From an uncultured Planctomycetota bacterium (lineage in GTDB: Bacteria > Planctomycetota > Planctomycetia > Isosphaerales > Isosphaeraceae): 64,000 nucleotides of DNA. Positions 19,710 to 31,734 of the stretch are shown piece after piece; position 1 is the first letter of the stretch, and every line of letters begins with the position of its first letter. The stretch covers positions 6,464,001-6,528,000 of the forward strand of contig CAVTTN010000002.1 of assembly GCA_963737655.1 (NCBI GenBank), written 5' to 3'. The notes under the pieces are model-generated. The model was not told the origin of the DNA. It searched no databases and was given only the letters and a program-made list of their open reading frames with translations. The position numbers and the translations under genes were made by a program.

Positions 19710-19847
19710 TCGGGTTGAGAGTGACCTTGCGGGATTCCCCCTCCGATCGCTAAGATTGACCCCTTCCGTCGGGGCGGACCGCCTCTCGACGACGCCCGCA
19801 CTCTGCGATTGGGGCCCAAGTCCGGGCCGGCAGGAGCTTTCCGAGCG

Positions 19848-20165
19848 ATGTACGCCATTTTCGAGAACGGTAGCCACCAGTACCGGGTCAGCGAAGGAGA
19901 CCTCGTGACCGTCGATCGCCGCGACGGCGAACACGGGACCGAAGTCATCTTCGACAAGATCCTGCTCGTCGCCGGAGGGGACGGAGCCGCCACGATCGGC
20001 GCCCCGCTCGTGGCCGGGGCGAAGGTCGTCGGGACGATCGTCCGCCAGTTCCGCGACAAGAAGATCATCATCCAGAAGTTCCGCCGCCGCAAGAACATGA
20101 GGCGGAAGCGCGGGCATCGCCAGCCCTACACCACCATCAAGGTCACCGCCGTCAGCATCGCCTGA
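19848..20165 (+). CDS. rplU: 50S ribosomal protein L21
   Basis: MYAIFENGSHQYRVSEGD...KFRRRK..RKRGHRQPYT. Confidence 0.97.
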   Translation: MYAIFENGSHQYRVSEGDLVTVDRRDGEHGTEVIFDKILLVAGGDGAATIGAPLVAGAKVVGTIVRQFRDKKIIIQKFRRRKNMRRKRGHRQPYTTIKVTAVSIA

Positions 20166-20627
20166 CGGATCGGCCTCGCCGGATCGTAACTCGCTTCCTC
20201 TCCGCCGTTGCAGGCCCCCGTTCGGGCCTGGAACGGCGTTCGCATTTCTTGACCTTTCGGCAGAGCGATCACGTCCGGCGCAATTCGGCGATCCTGCCGA
20301 AGCCTTTTTCTCCAGATTGCCCGGCCCTCCCTACCGCCGATTTTCTTTCCATCTTCTCGGGCGCGGTTAAGATACCGGATGGCATGTCCACCGTCCCCGA
20401 AGGGTAAGTCCGAGCCAGGTCGACGGGAATTTCTCAATTCTTGACGGTTCGGGACTTCGGTTGCCGCTCGCGGCGAACTCGGTGGGTTTCTTGACGGCTC
20501 GGTCAAGTTTCCATGACTATCCACCCGATCATTAAAAAAATCCGTTCAGTGGTGGACAAAGGTCTTGACAGAGCCGGTCCGAACTGGCACAACGCAGCGA
20601 TCACCAGGTCCGAACCGGAGAACGTCC

Positions 20628-23612
20628 ATGGCGACGGTCAGCGAGCGGGCATCCAAGACGGGTAGCGCGGATCAGGGCCGGACCTCGTCGCGACGGGGGA
20701 TGGCCGTCCCCCGGGTCTTCAGCACGCCGGGCGTCTCGCCCTTCGACACGGTCGATTGGGACCTCCGCACCGCGGCGATCAAGGACGAGAAGGGGCGCGT
20801 CCTGTTCGAGCAGACCGAGTGCGAGGTCCCCCGGACCTGGAGCCAGCTCGCCACCAACGTGGTCGTGAGCAAGTACTTCTACGGCGAGATCAACACGCCC
20901 GAGCGAGAGACCAGCGTCCGCCAGTTGATCGATCGCGTCACCAGGACGATCTCCGACTGGGGCCGCGAGGATGGCTATTTCGCCTCGACCGAGGACGCCG
21001 ACGCCTTTTATGACGAATTGACGACCCTCTGCCTCCAGCAGTTCGGCTCGTTCAACTCGCCCGTCTGGTTCAACGTCGGCCTGTACCACCGCTACGGGAT
21101 CGAGGGGCCGGCCAACAACTGGCGATGGGACGAGGAAACGCGAACGGTCGTCCGAGCCGAACGGGCGTACGAGTACCCGCAGGGGTCGGCCTGCTTCATC
21201 CAGTCGGTCGATGACGACATGGAATCGATCATGAGGCTGGCCACGTCCGAGGCCATGCTCTTCAAGTACGGCTCGGGCACGGGCTCGGATCTCTCGACGC
21301 TGCGTTCCAGCCGCGAGAAGCTCTCCGGCGGGGGTCGGCCCAGCGGCCCGGTGAGCTTCATGAGGGTCTACGACGCGATCGCCAGCGTGGTGAAGTCCGG
21401 CGGCAAGACCCGCCGCGCCGCCAAGATGCAGACGCTCAAGATCTGGCATCCCGACGTCCTCGAATTCATCGAGTGCAAGACGAAGGAAGAGAAGAAGGCC
21501 CAGACCCTGATCCGCGCCGGCTACGAGGCCAATTTCAACGGCGAGGCGTATGCCTCGGTCCTGTTCCAGAACGCCAACCTGACGGTCCGGGTGACCGACG
21601 GCTTCCTCCGGGCCGTGGAATCCGGCGGCGACTGGACCACCCGCGCCGTGACCACCGGCCGCCCGATGCAGACCTACAAGGCCGGCGACCTCATGGACAA
21701 GATCGCCGAGGGCACCTGGCTCTGCGGGGACCCCGGCCTCCAGTACGAGGATACGATCCAGCGCTGGCACACCTGCCCGAACACCGCGCCCATCAATTCC
21801 AGCAATCCTTGCAGCGAGTACATGTTTCTGGATGATAGCGCGTGCAACCTCGCGTCGATCAACCTGATGAAGTTCCGCCGGGAAGACGGCTCGTTCGACT
21901 TCTCGGGCTTCCGCGCGGCGTGCCGGGTGTTCATCACGGCCCAGGAGATCCTGGTCGATCACGGGAGCTACCCGACCGACCGGATCGCCCTGAACAGCCA
22001 CAAGTTCCGGCCGCTGGGCCTGGGTTACGCGAACCTCGGGTCGTTGATCATGGCCTCGGGTCGGCCGTATGACTCGGACGAGGGCCGGGCCCTGGCCGGC
22101 GCGATCACGGCGATCATGCACGGGCAGGCGTACCTCTCGTCGTCGGAACACGCGGCGAACCTCGGGCCGTTCGACGGCTTCGCCCTGAACCGCGAGCCGA
22201 TGCTCCGCGTGATGGAGATGCACCGCTCGGCCGTCGAGGCGATCGATCCCTCGGTGCCGCCCGAGCTCCTGGACGAGGCCCGCGCCGTCTGGGACGAGTG
22301 CCTGGAATCGGGCCGGAAGCACGGCTATCGCAACAGCCAGGTCACCGTGCTCGCCCCCACCGGCACCATCGCCTTCATGATGGACTGCGACACCACGGGC
22401 GTCGAGCCCGACATCGCCCTGGTGAAGTACAAGCAGCTGGCCGGCGGAGGGATGCTCAAGATCGTCAACCGGACGGTCCCGATGGCCCTGAAGACCCTCG
22501 GGTATGACGACCCGACGATCCGAGGGGTGATGGACTTCGTCGACGAGCACGACACGATCGAGGGGGCGCCGGGCCTGATCGACGAGCACCTGCCGGTGTT
22601 CGATTGCGCCTTCACGCCCCGAGGCGGCACGCGGTCCATCGCCTGGACGGGCCACGTGAGGATGATGGCGGCGGTCCAGCCGTTCCTCTCCGGGGCGATC
22701 TCCAAGACGATCAACATGCCCCGGGAATCGACGGTGGCCGACATCCGCGAGGCGTACCTCGAAGGCTGGAGGCTGGGCCTGAAGGCGGTGGCGATCTACC
22801 GAGACGGCTCCAAGGAGAGCCAGCCGGTGAGCACCTCGACCGAGGAGAAGCAGGCCGAGCAGAAGCTCGCCGCCGCCTCGCCCGAGCCGGCCCCAGTGGC
22901 GGCCTCGGAGCCTCGCCCGGTCGCCCCGGTCGTCGCGACTCCGGCCCCGGTCCCCTCCACTCCCCAGCCCCGCCGCGAGCGGCTCCCCGATACTCGGCGG
23001 AGCCTGACCCACAAGTTCGACATCCAGGGGCACGAGGGATACGTCACCGTCGGCTTCTTCGCCGACGGCCGACCCGGGGAGCTGTTCATCACGATGGCCA
23101 AGGAAGGCTCGACGATCGGCGGCCTGATGGACACCATCGGGACGCTGGTCTCGATGGGCTTGCAGTACGGCGTCCCCCTGTCGGTCTTCGTCAACAAGTT
23201 CGCCCACCAGCGGTTCGAGCCGGCCGGGTTCACCAAGAACCCGGACATCCCGATCGCCAAGAGCGTGACCGACTACATCTTCCGCTGGCTCGGGATGGAG
23301 TTCCTCCCCGGCTACCGCGAGGCGAATTCCCCGAAGCGCGACTACAGCGAGCCGGTCGAGCTCCCGTCGGCCCCGACGGTGAAGGTCAACGGCCACCGCA
23401 AGGCCACCGTGGCGGACCTGGACCACCCCGAGGCCATCGTCCACCAGATCCAGCCGATCGACCCGGCGGCCGAGGCCCGGGAGGTCCAGCAGGAGCAGTT
23501 CGCCCACTTCCAGTCCGATGCCCCGGCCTGCGACAACTGCGGGGCCCTGACCGTCCGCTGCGGGACCTGCTACCGCTGCTTCAACTGCGGCAACTCGATG
23601 GGCTGCTCCTGA
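20628..23612 (+). CDS. nrdJ: Vitamin B12-dependent (class II) ribonucleotide reductase with TSCPD domain and C-terminal Zn ribbon
   Basis: FNSPVWFN, SNPCSE, GLGYANLG, APTGTI, AISKTINMP, YRDGSK; terminal CDNC..CYRCFNCG..GCS. Confidence 0.96.
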   Translation: MATVSERASKTGSADQGRTSSRRGMAVPRVFSTPGVSPFDTVDWDLRTAAIKDEKGRVLFEQTECEVPRTWSQLATNVVVSKYFYGEINTPERETSVRQLIDRVTRTISDWGREDGYFASTEDADAFYDELTTLCLQQFGSFNSPVWFNVGLYHRYGIEGPANNWRWDEETRTVVRAERAYEYPQGSACFIQSVDDDMESIMRLATSEAMLFKYGSGTGSDLSTLRSSREKLSGGGRPSGPVSFMRVYDAIASVVKSGGKTRRAAKMQTLKIWHPDVLEFIECKTKEEKKAQTLIRAGYEANFNGEAYASVLFQNANLTVRVTDGFLRAVESGGDWTTRAVTTGRPMQTYKAGDLMDKIAEGTWLCGDPGLQYEDTIQRWHTCPNTAPINSSNPCSEYMFLDDSACNLASINLMKFRREDGSFDFSGFRAACRVFITAQEILVDHGSYPTDRIALNSHKFRPLGLGYANLGSLIMASGRPYDSDEGRALAGAITAIMHGQAYLSSSEHAANLGPFDGFALNREPMLRVMEMHRSAVEAIDPSVPPELLDEARAVWDECLESGRKHGYRNSQVTVLAPTGTIAFMMDCDTTGVEPDIALVKYKQLAGGGMLKIVNRTVPMALKTLGYDDPTIRGVMDFVDEHDTIEGAPGLIDEHLPVFDCAFTPRGGTRSIAWTGHVRMMAAVQPFLSGAISKTINMPRESTVADIREAYLEGWRLGLKAVAIYRDGSKESQPVSTSTEEKQAEQKLAAASPEPAPVAASEPRPVAPVVATPAPVPSTPQPRRERLPDTRRSLTHKFDIQGHEGYVTVGFFADGRPGELFITMAKEGSTIGGLMDTIGTLVSMGLQYGVPLSVFVNKFAHQRFEPAGFTKNPDIPIAKSVTDYIFRWLGMEFLPGYREANSPKRDYSEPVELPSAPTVKVNGHRKATVADLDHPEAIVHQIQPIDPAAEAREVQQEQFAHFQSDAPACDNCGALTVRCGTCYRCFNCGNSMGCS

Positions 23613-23621
23613 AAACCGGGG

Positions 23622-23694
23622 ATGTCGGGTGCATGCCATGCGCCATCTTCGATTCGTCGTCAGTCGAAGATGGTGCATGGCATGCACCCGACAT
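23622..23694. repeat. REPIN-like doublet (GTCG-GGTGCATG family) between convergent genes
   Basis: Arms at 23622-23652 and 23664-23694; same family as 38507. Confidence 0.85.
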
Positions 23695-23700
23695 GATCGT

Positions 23701-24366
23701 TCACGTGGGATTGCCCAGGTGGGCGAGGAAGTCCTGGAGGGCCGGGCGACTCGCGGTGATCGAGGCCCCGTGCCCTCCGGGATAGGTGTAGACGTGTCCG
23801 TTGGTGAAATCGTCCGCGAAGCTTGCCGCGCTTTGCGAAGCGGTCACGTTCTGATCTCGGAGGCCGAAGGCCGAGGCGATGTAGGCCGTCGAGGGGCTCG
23901 GACCGCTCAGCGCAGCGATCCCGCCCTGGGTGAACGGGACGTGGGACCGAACATAGGTGGCGAACCGATCGCGCCCGTGGAACTGGAAATAGTCGCGGAG
24001 GTCCGGCGGGCCGTAGTCGTTCAGGACCGCCGTGACGTGCAGCGAGGGATCGGCCGAGAGCCTCATCGCCAGGGCTCCGCCCGCGCTGAAGCCCACCAGC
24101 CCGATCGGCTGGCCATGACCCATCGCCCGGATCTGGTTGGCCAACGCCCGGACCGCCCCGGCCGTCGCGATCGTCGGATAGGAAAGCTGGACGGGCCTCT
24201 GACCGGCCGCCGCCAGCACCGATGCCGCGTCGGCCGTCAGCGAATTCGGCCCGGCCGGCGAGAACGCATTCCCGTTCAGGATGAAGACCAGGGTCGAGAG
24301 GGTCCGGCCCTCCACCGCTTCCACCCCGGGCACGAATCGCCCCGCCCCAGCTCGTCGCGCGCTCAT
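23701..24366 (-). CDS. Small alpha/beta-hydrolase-like protein with planctomycete extracellular motif
   Basis: VEAVEGRTLS leader; GFSAGG elbow; candidate catalytic Asp (RDQNV) and His (GGHG). Confidence 0.75.
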   Translation of the reverse strand: MSARRAGAGRFVPGVEAVEGRTLSTLVFILNGNAFSPAGPNSLTADAASVLAAAGQRPVQLSYPTIATAGAVRALANQIRAMGHGQPIGLVGFSAGGALAMRLSADPSLHVTAVLNDYGPPDLRDYFQFHGRDRFATYVRSHVPFTQGGIAALSGPSPSTAYIASAFGLRDQNVTASQSAASFADDFTNGHVYTYPGGHGASITASRPALQDFLAHLGNPT

Positions 24367-24466
24367 CGGCCCCCCCTCAAAAAGATGTCCTTCGACGTTA
24401 CATCCTTTTCGAGGGGCCAGTCAACGAAATAAATTACCCAATTTACCCAAATTCTGATAATATGAC

Positions 24467-25912
<1,446 letters not shown>

Positions 25913-25913
25913 C

Positions 25914-28303
25914 TCATTCCCTCGTGAGGAACTCGTCGAGGTTCAGGAGGACCCTCGCGACGGTCAGCCACGCCGCCGCCTCGTCCCCCTCGGTTCGCAC
26001 CTTCCTCAGCAGCGATTCCAGCCGGTCCCGCTCGCGAGGCGACGGCGACCGGGCCACGCAGAGGCGGAACGCCTCGTCCAGCCGCCGAGAATCCGGCCGT
26101 TCTCCGCCTCGCAATCGCGAGGCCAGCGCCCGGCGCATTCGACGAACGCCTCGTCATTCAAGAGCGTGAGCGCCTGAAGCGGCGTGTTCGACCGCAACCT
26201 CCGCGTGCAGGACCGCGTGCCGTCGGGGGCGTCGAACAGGGTGAACAGCGGGTGGGGGGTGGCCCTCCAGAAGAACGTGTACATCCCTCGACGGTAGCGG
26301 TCGGGCCCGGTGCTCGTCTTCCACTCGCGGCGCATCTGGCCGAGGTTCATCACGCCGTCGGGCTGAGGCGGGAACACGCTCGGCCCGCCGATCGCCGGGT
26401 TCAGCAGCCCGCTGGCCTTCAGGGCCGAGTCCCGGACGAACTCCGCGTCGAGCCGGACCCGCGACTGCCGGGCCAGCAGCCGGTTGTCGGGGTCGATCGT
26501 CGCGAGGTCCGATCGGAAATTCGACGCTTGCCGATACGTGGCGCTCGTGGCGATCAAGCGATGGATCGCCTTCGGGCTCCAGCCCCCGTTCACGAACTCG
26601 GTGGCCAGCCAGTCGAGCAATTCGGGGTGGGTCGGCGGGGTGCCCTGGGTGCCGAAGTCGTTCTCCGTCTCCACGAGCCCTCGGCCGAATTCGGCCTGCC
26701 AGAAGCGGTTGACCGCGACCCGGGCCGTCAGCGGGTTCGCCGGATCGACGAGCCATCGGGCCAGGTCCATCCGGTCGGGCGCCCCGCCCGGGCTCGCCAG
26801 CGACGGCAGGGCGGCCGGCACTCCCGGCGAGACCTTCTCGCCGAGGCGGGTGAAATCCCCTTGAATGAGGACGTGACTCTCTCTCGGTTTCGATCGCTCG
26901 CGGACGATCAGCGTCGTCGGCCGTTTCGCCACGCCCTTCTTCAGCTCGGCGATCTTCTTGCGATGGGGAGAGCCGGCCGGGTCCTGCTCGACGAACGCGG
27001 CGAGGACGGTCGTCTTCTGCTCCGCGGACCTCTTCTCGGGCACGGTGTCGAACGCGGCGCGGACCTCCTGCGATTGCTTCTGGCGGCCGCCCATGTCCAG
27101 GCCGTCCTCCCACGCCTTCCGCTTCGCGTCGACCTCGGGGTCGTCGGCCAGCGTCGCGAGATACGCCGCCACGGCCTCCTCGGCGCGTTTTTCGGCGGCG
27201 ACCTCGTCGGGCGAGGCGAGCGTCAGCGCGACCTCGTCGACGTTGTTGAAGAAGGCGAACAGGCGGTAGTAATCGGCCTGGGGGAGCGGGTCGAACTTGT
27301 GGTCGTGGCACTGGCAGCAGCCCATCGTCAGGCCGAGCCAGACGGAGGCGGTTGTGTTCACGCGATCGAGGATCGATTCGATGCGGAACTGCTCCACGTC
27401 GATCCCGCCCTCCTCGTTGATCGGCGTGTTCCGGTGGAACCCGGTGGCGATCTTCTGGGCCATCGAGGCGTCGGGGCGGAGGTCCCCGGCGATCTGGTCG
27501 ATGGTGAACTGGTCGAACGGCATGTCGCGGTTCAGGGCGTCGATCACCCAGTCGCGATAGGGCCAGATGGAGCGGGGGGCGTCGATGCTGTAGCCGTTGG
27601 AGTCGGCATAGCGGGCGGCGTCGAGCCACAAACGGCCCCACCGCTCGCCGTAGTGAGGGGAGGCGAGCAGGCGATCGACCATCCGTTCGTGGGCGTCGGC
27701 CCTCTCGTCATGAACGAACGAATCGACCTCCTCGGGGGTCGGCGGCAGGCCGATCAAATCGAGGCTGGCGCGGCGGATGCGGGTCGCGCGGTCGGCCTCG
27801 GGCGAGGGGGCAATCCCCTCCTTTTCGAGCCTCGCGAGGATGAACCGATCGATCGGGTTCTTGACCCAGGCTTCCTCGCGGACGGCCGGCAAATCGGGCC
27901 GTTTCGGCGGGAGGAAGGCCCAGTGGACGGGCGGCTTCGAGGGGATTTCGTCGTCGGGGGCCGGGGCCCCGGCATCGATCCACCGACGGATCGCCTCGAT
28001 GTCCTTCTCGGGCAAGGGCGGGCGCTTCAGGGGCATCCGGGCGCCGGCCCCCTCGCCCCGGAGGGCCAGGACGATCGGGCTCTCGGCCCCCTGCCCCGCG
28101 ACCACGGCCGGGCCGCTCGTCCCGCCCTGGAGCAGGCCCTTCGCCGTATCGACCCGCAATTTCGCCTTCGGCTTCGTCTCGCCGTGGCAGCGGACGCAGT
28201 GGGTCGCCAAAAGAGGCTTGATGTCCCGGACATAATCGACGGCCGGCCCATCGGCCGGGAGGACGCCGATCAGGGACGACAGCGCGAGGACCAGTCCATT
28301 CAT
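25914..28303 (-). CDS. PSD1/PSCyt2 and planctomycete cytochrome c domain protein; frameshift near 26135
   Basis: CVRCH, HWAF, YGERW, CCQCHDHKFDP, PTHPELLDWLA, TPLQALTLLN; C-terminus LLNLDEFLTRE is in a second frame. Confidence 0.93.
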
Positions 28304-28439
28304 GATGAGGACCCGTCGAGAGCGATCGGGAGAGAAGCGGCGGGGAGACTCCAGGGTACTCCGAGAGAGGCCCAGAAATCCAGGGGTTTTGACCCATACC
28401 CGGGCCGGATCGGTCGCTCCGGATTCGGAAAGCGGCCGT

Positions 28440-28565
28440 TCTGGGTGGCCCCGGTTCTCGAACCGGGGCGGCGGAGCCGCAAGAGGCCCGGAACCTTGAC
28501 GGGCCGCGAGGGCCTTCGCCTCTTCTCGCTTCGCGACCCCGGTTCGAGAACCGGGGCCACCCAGA
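28440..28565. repeat. REPIN-like doublet (GGGTGG-CCCCGGTT family)
   Basis: 29-bp perfect inverted arms at 28440-28468 and 28537-28565, each palindromic. Confidence 0.87.
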
Positions 28566-28680
28566 GCAACGCTCGACTCTGGACCTTGCGATTTTGGGGT
28601 GATCCCGGTTCGTGGACCGGCGCATCCGACCTCCGGCTCGGACCCGGATTGACGGAGGATTCCGGGCCACGCCCGGGTGC

Positions 28681-30408
28681 TCAGGCCCGTTCGCGGAAGG
28701 CGGCCAGGGCCTTCGCCACCGAGGCTGGCGCCTTCGCGTTCAGGACGTCCGACGCCTCCAGGCCCGCTCTTCTGGCCACTCCGATCCCGAAATCCAGGTT
28801 CGCGAAGCCTCCGGTGGAGTGGGCGTCGGGGTTGATCACGATCGGGATTCCCAGTTTTTTCGCCTTCCGGCAGTGGTCGGCGTCGAGGTCCAGGCGGTGG
28901 GGGTCGGCGTTGATCTCGATGGCCGTCCCGGCCTTCGCGGCGGCCTGGAGGACCCGGTCCAGGTCCACCGCGTAGGCGTCTCGCGAGAGCAAAAGACGGC
29001 CGGTCGGGTGGCCGAGCATCGTGACCCTCGGGTTCTCGACCGCCTGGCAGATCCGTTGCGTCATCGCCTCGCGATCGAGCCCGAAATTCGAGTGGACGCT
29101 CGCGACGACGTAATCGAACCCGGCCAGGACGTCGTCGGGGAAGTCGAGCGAGCCGTCCGCGAGGATGTCGCACTCCGTGCCCTTGTAGACATGAAATTTC
29201 TTGCCGAGTTTTGCATTCAAGGCGTCGATCTCGGCCCATTGCTTGCGGACTCGGTCGATCGACAGTCCTCCGGCGTAGGCGGCGGCCCGGGAGTGGTCGG
29301 CGATCCCGAGATATTTCAACCCGAAAGACATGGCGGCCTCGGCCATCTCGTCGAGCGTCGCGCCGCCGTCGCTCCAGTCGGTGTGGCAGTGGAAGGTGCC
29401 GGTGAGGTCGTCGAGCTCGATCAATCGGGGGATCGGCCCGCGCTCGGCCATCTCGAACTCGCCGACGTCCTCGCGGAGCTCGGGGGGGATGTAGGCGAGG
29501 CCCAGGGCGGCGAAAAGCTCCGCCTCGTCGCGGCAGGGGACCGGCCCGTTCGGGCCTTCGAGCCGGTATTCGTTCAGGGTCATGTCGCGGGCGAGGGCAC
29601 GTCGCCTCATGGCGATGTTGTGGGCCTTCGAGCCGGTGAAATAGTGGAGGGCGAACGGGAATTCGGAGTCGGAGACGCCCCGGACGTCGCACTGCACCCC
29701 TTCGGCCAGCCTCACGCTCGCCTTCGTCGGCCCGTGGGCGAGCACCTGCGCCACCTCGGGCCGCGTCACGAAGGCGTCGAGGATGGGTCCGGGATGCTCG
29801 GAGGAGAACAGGATGTCGAGGTCGCCGATGGTGTCGGCCCTCCGGCGGAGGCTCCCGCAGACCTCGGCGCGGATCACGCCTTTCGACGTCTTCACGACTT
29901 CAAACAAGGGGGAGACGAGCCGTCGGGCGGTGCTCTGCAAGATCCGGTCGCCGCTCTTTTCGAGGAAGGCGATCCCTTCGAGGATCTTGGCCTGGGTCTT
30001 GGCGCCAAAACCCTTCGCATGGGCGATCTCGTCGGCCTCGGCGGCGCGGCGGAGGTCGGCGAGGCTCTCGATCTTGAGATCCTCGTGGAGCGTCTTGATC
30101 TTCTTCGGCCCGAGCCCGGGGACCCGCAACAGGGCGACGAGGCCGGGCGGGGTCTCGCGGCGGAGGGCCTCGTATTCGGGGAGATTGCCGGTCGTCACGA
30201 GCCGGGCGATCTTGGCGAACATGGTCGCGCCGATGCCCGGGACGTCCTTCAAGGACTCATCGTCGATCATCGCCGACAGGTCCTCGGGCAAGCCCTTGAG
30301 CGCCTGGGCCGCGTTATGATAGGCCCGGCAGCGGAACGCATTCTCGCCCCGGACTTCCAGGAGGGTGCCCATCTCGTCGAGGACTCGGGCGACTCGGGCG
30401 GTTTCCAT
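28681..30408 (-). CDS. polX: DNA polymerase X / PHP exonuclease
   Basis: GENAFRCRAY, GSLRRR..GDLDIL, YFTGSKAHN, HCHTDWSDG, GHPTGR, PDAH. Confidence 0.96.
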   Translation of the reverse strand: METARVARVLDEMGTLLEVRGENAFRCRAYHNAAQALKGLPEDLSAMIDDESLKDVPGIGATMFAKIARLVTTGNLPEYEALRRETPPGLVALLRVPGLGPKKIKTLHEDLKIESLADLRRAAEADEIAHAKGFGAKTQAKILEGIAFLEKSGDRILQSTARRLVSPLFEVVKTSKGVIRAEVCGSLRRRADTIGDLDILFSSEHPGPILDAFVTRPEVAQVLAHGPTKASVRLAEGVQCDVRGVSDSEFPFALHYFTGSKAHNIAMRRRALARDMTLNEYRLEGPNGPVPCRDEAELFAALGLAYIPPELREDVGEFEMAERGPIPRLIELDDLTGTFHCHTDWSDGGATLDEMAEAAMSFGLKYLGIADHSRAAAYAGGLSIDRVRKQWAEIDALNAKLGKKFHVYKGTECDILADGSLDFPDDVLAGFDYVVASVHSNFGLDREAMTQRICQAVENPRVTMLGHPTGRLLLSRDAYAVDLDRVLQAAAKAGTAIEINADPHRLDLDADHCRKAKKLGIPIVINPDAHSTGGFANLDFGIGVARRAGLEASDVLNAKAPASVAKALAAFRERA

Positions 30409-30439
30409 CGAGGCGGGCTCCCGGGAATCGAAGCGAAGT

Positions 30440-30500
30440 TCGTAGGGCAGGCCTCGGCCTGCCGGGCGGATGCGACCGCAGGCCGAGGCCTGCCCTACGA
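30440..30500. repeat. REPIN-like doublet (GTAG-GGCAGGCC family)
   Basis: tcgtagggcaggcctcggcctgc and its exact reverse complement at 30478-30500. Confidence 0.85.
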
Positions 30501-30550
30501 GGGTCCGTCGAGTGACGTCCGCGGGAGCATGTTACCCGACGGTGGGCGAG

Positions 30551-30811
30551 TCATCCGGGGTCCTTCATCCCGAACATCTCGGCGAGTTCGTCGGTGAAGT
30601 CGTCGAAGTCGGGAGCCATCCAGATCCGGCCCCGCCATTGGCCTCCGACTCGCGGCGTGTTGTCTTCCTCTCCGGTCTTCGGCGGCTCGACTGAGACGAG
30701 GCGGACGGCGGGCTTGCCGTCGCGGGCGATCACGATCTCCTCGCCGGCCTCGGCCCGGGCGATCAGCTCGGCGAGGTGGGAGGATGCATCGTGGATGTCG
30801 GTCGTGGGCAT
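30551..30811 (-). CDS. Phd/YefM-family antitoxin (no toxin gene adjacent)
   Basis: IHDASSHLAELIARAEAGEEIVIARDGKPAVRL...G.WRGRIWMAPDFD; GAGGAGG RBS. Confidence 0.9.
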   Translation of the reverse strand: MPTTDIHDASSHLAELIARAEAGEEIVIARDGKPAVRLVSVEPPKTGEEDNTPRVGGQWRGRIWMAPDFDDFTDELAEMFGMKDPG

Positions 30812-30936
30812 GGCGGCCTCCTCGGTCGGCTTCAGTCTAACCCGCGTCCCGGAGGGCCGACAATCGCAGCGAGGCCGAACCGAGGGGGAGTCCGCGCCGG
30901 GCGGATCGTTCCCCCTCGGATCGAGGCGCCAGGTGG

Positions 30937-31494
30937 TTATTCGCCGGTGTCGTCGCGGAGGGGAACCCCGTGGAGGACCGCCTGGACGACGATCTTCTCG
31001 GCCGCGGCATCGACGACCTTGTTCAGGGGGACCTTGGACGACGAGCCATCCTTCTTCTCGCAGACGAGGTAGTAGTTCGTCTGGGTCCGGCGGCCGTGGG
31101 TGACCTCCTTGACCTGGCGGATCTGGAGCAGGTCGGCGAACTTCACGTCGTGGACCGTCCCGCCATAGATCCCCGTCTGGACGCGGAACCCCGAGGGGGA
31201 GACCGTCACCGTGTCCATCCAGATCGACGGCCCGAACCCGACGACCCCGAGGACGCCGAGGATCATCAGGGTCCAGGAGAACCTCGTGGTCTTCTTGCGG
31301 AGGGCCCAGCCGGCCGGCGCGGCCACCGCCCCGGCGATCATCACCGCGACCGGAATCCACCAGTCGTAGCGGTACGTGAACGTATCTCCGTTCTGGGTCT
31401 CCTGGACGCACCCCGCCAGAGAGGCAAGGGCCAGGGCCAGGACCAAGAGGCGCCCGCGCCGGTCGATCATCGTCGGAAAAGCCGCCATCGCCAT
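30937..31494 (-). CDS. Hypothetical membrane protein, possible lipoprotein
   Basis: LASLAGC lipobox-like sequence, two hydrophobic helices, soluble C-terminal domain. Confidence 0.75.
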   Translation of the reverse strand: MAMAAFPTMIDRRGRLLVLALALASLAGCVQETQNGDTFTYRYDWWIPVAVMIAGAVAAPAGWALRKKTTRFSWTLMILGVLGVVGFGPSIWMDTVTVSPSGFRVQTGIYGGTVHDVKFADLLQIRQVKEVTHGRRTQTNYYLVCEKKDGSSSKVPLNKVVDAAAEKIVVQAVLHGVPLRDDTGE

Positions 31495-31734
31495 CCTCTC
31501 GCGGTTCGAAGGATCCCTTCCGGGTCGGCCGCCGACCCGATCCGGGAACATGATGGCATGAGTTCGTGCCTCTGTCCACCCGACGGCTCGGGTTCGGGCG
31601 GTTCGTGGAGGGAAGCCGGGTCACATGCGATCACGACGGCTTCGCGGGGTTCGGCCCTGGCGATCGGCCCGGGCGGGTGGGAGGATGCGTCAGAAGGTGC
31701 TCTCCTCAGACCGCGTGAGTGAGGGAGGTTCGCG

